Below are positions 24,951-25,751 of a DNA stretch of 25,751 bases, in pieces. The DNA lies in the IMG/VR virus record IMGVR_UViG_3300007231_000040, positions 1-25,751 of that record. One strand, written 5' to 3'. The notes below the pieces were generated by a model. That model saw only the letters and a list, made by a program, of their open reading frames with translations, ran no database searches and was not told where the DNA came from. The DNA is from a virus (Duplodnaviria; Caudoviricetes). Within the stretch, counting starts at the first letter, position 1. Each line of letters opens with the position of its first letter. The translations under genes and the position numbers were made by a program.

Positions 24951-25450
24951 GACTTAATGTTTTCGCGGCATTGGAGTTATTATATTTTACTTTTTTTTAA
25001 AATGGCCGATCCGATTTTTTCCAGTTAACGACTCTGGGTTTATATTTTTTATATATTGCTCCTCATTAATGGGGGAGGGGCATCGCCCCCGCATTACCTT
25101 ATATGAAAATGTCATTGATAAACTAAGATTGGATTCCCCCGCGCGAAATCTCACATTTACCACTCTAACAGATTGCTTTAATGGGGTAGGGTGCTTTCTA
25201 ACAGCAATTAAGGCTCAAGCACTCTCTAGTTTTGAAACTTTTTATGCCGCCCCTTACAGCTAAGAATTTTCTATGCCCTAACTTTCATTTTTCCCACGGC
25301 TGGCAAACTAAACAAATACCCCTCCCCTAAACTGTATATGCTGGCGGGTTAATGGGTGGGGGCTGTGGAACATTCTTGTGGAACATTTTAACTCGTTGAT
25401 ACTCAGTTGATTAAAACACGAAAATAAATGATCTTTTATGCCGAATGTGC

Positions 25451-25478
25451 TTGTTTTTTTCGCCGATTCTGCTATAAT
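25451..25478 (+). promoter_or_regulatory. Host sigma-70-type promoter with extended -10 (TTGTTT-N16-TATAAT, TGcTATAAT)
   Basis: Seen directly; followed by hairpin GAGGG-AAAAG-CCCTC at 25491-25505. Confidence 0.65.
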
Positions 25479-25532
25479 ATAGTCAAGCAAGAGGGAAAAG
25501 CCCTCAGATTAAACCACTAACTAAATATCACT

Positions 25533-25733
25533 ATGAAAAACACTACACTATCGCCAATCCCCAATCCTAATGTTCAGCACATCCTCACTGAGATGGTTGC
25601 CAACGCTAACAAGAATCTTGAGCGTCAGCTTGAGCGTCAGCGTCAGTTCGAGATCAAGCGTGAGCGTGAGATGGTAATGAAAGCAAAAAGAGATGCTGAA
25701 AATAAGTGTCGAAACATCTTGCAAGGTCACTAA
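25533..25733 (+). CDS. Small coiled-coil hypothetical protein, probable early gene (66 aa)
   Basis: ATG downstream of the extended -10 promoter; oriented away from the late block. Confidence 0.7.
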   Translation: MKNTTLSPIPNPNVQHILTEMVANANKNLERQLERQRQFEIKREREMVMKAKRDAENKCRNILQGH

Positions 25734-25751
25734 AAATATCGTAAAATATAA

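Noticed and set aside
25069-25490. ORFs 25069..25263 (+) and 25308..25490 (-)
   Set aside because: No recognisable features; they overlap repeat and promoter elements, so the region is treated as non-coding.
25618-25646. TTGAGCGTCAGC tandem repeat
   Set aside because: In-frame slippage encoding LERQLERQRQ in a coiled coil; no sign of a separate function.
1-25751. Stop-codon reassignment
   Set aside because: Genes are intact and densely packed in code 11, and TAA, TAG and TGA all end genes.

Overview
This window is the packaging and virion-morphogenesis region of a large, AT-rich tailed dsDNA phage (siphovirus-like, no tail sheath seen) using the standard genetic code. From right to left on the minus strand it encodes a T5orf172/GIY-YIG protein, a divergent tail-tube-fold protein, a Zn-ribbon protein, an ECF-like sigma factor, a possible TerS, a C2H2/ERCC4 nuclease, TerL, portal, protease-scaffold, decoration protein, major capsid protein and adaptor. 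A plus-strand block follows (head closure, neck, tail terminator, two paralogous tail tube genes), then two paralogous chaperone-like genes and a tape measure gene of more than 1419 codons that runs off the left edge and is missing from the ORF track. The main unexplained structure is a phage-specific transcription system: a GTGTAW/YGTAW motif often 8-11 nt before start codons that lack Shine-Dalgarno sites, a bipartite ATTTCACAAA-N13-TGTAA element before the capsid and tail tube units, a sigma factor with a four-Cys insertion, and a candidate ~79-nt small RNA just upstream of the sigma operon. The tape measure protein also carries a PD-(D/E)xK-like segment bracketed by repeated G(F/Y)xPNFA motifs. 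All assignments come from reading motifs and synteny by eye; no searches were run.
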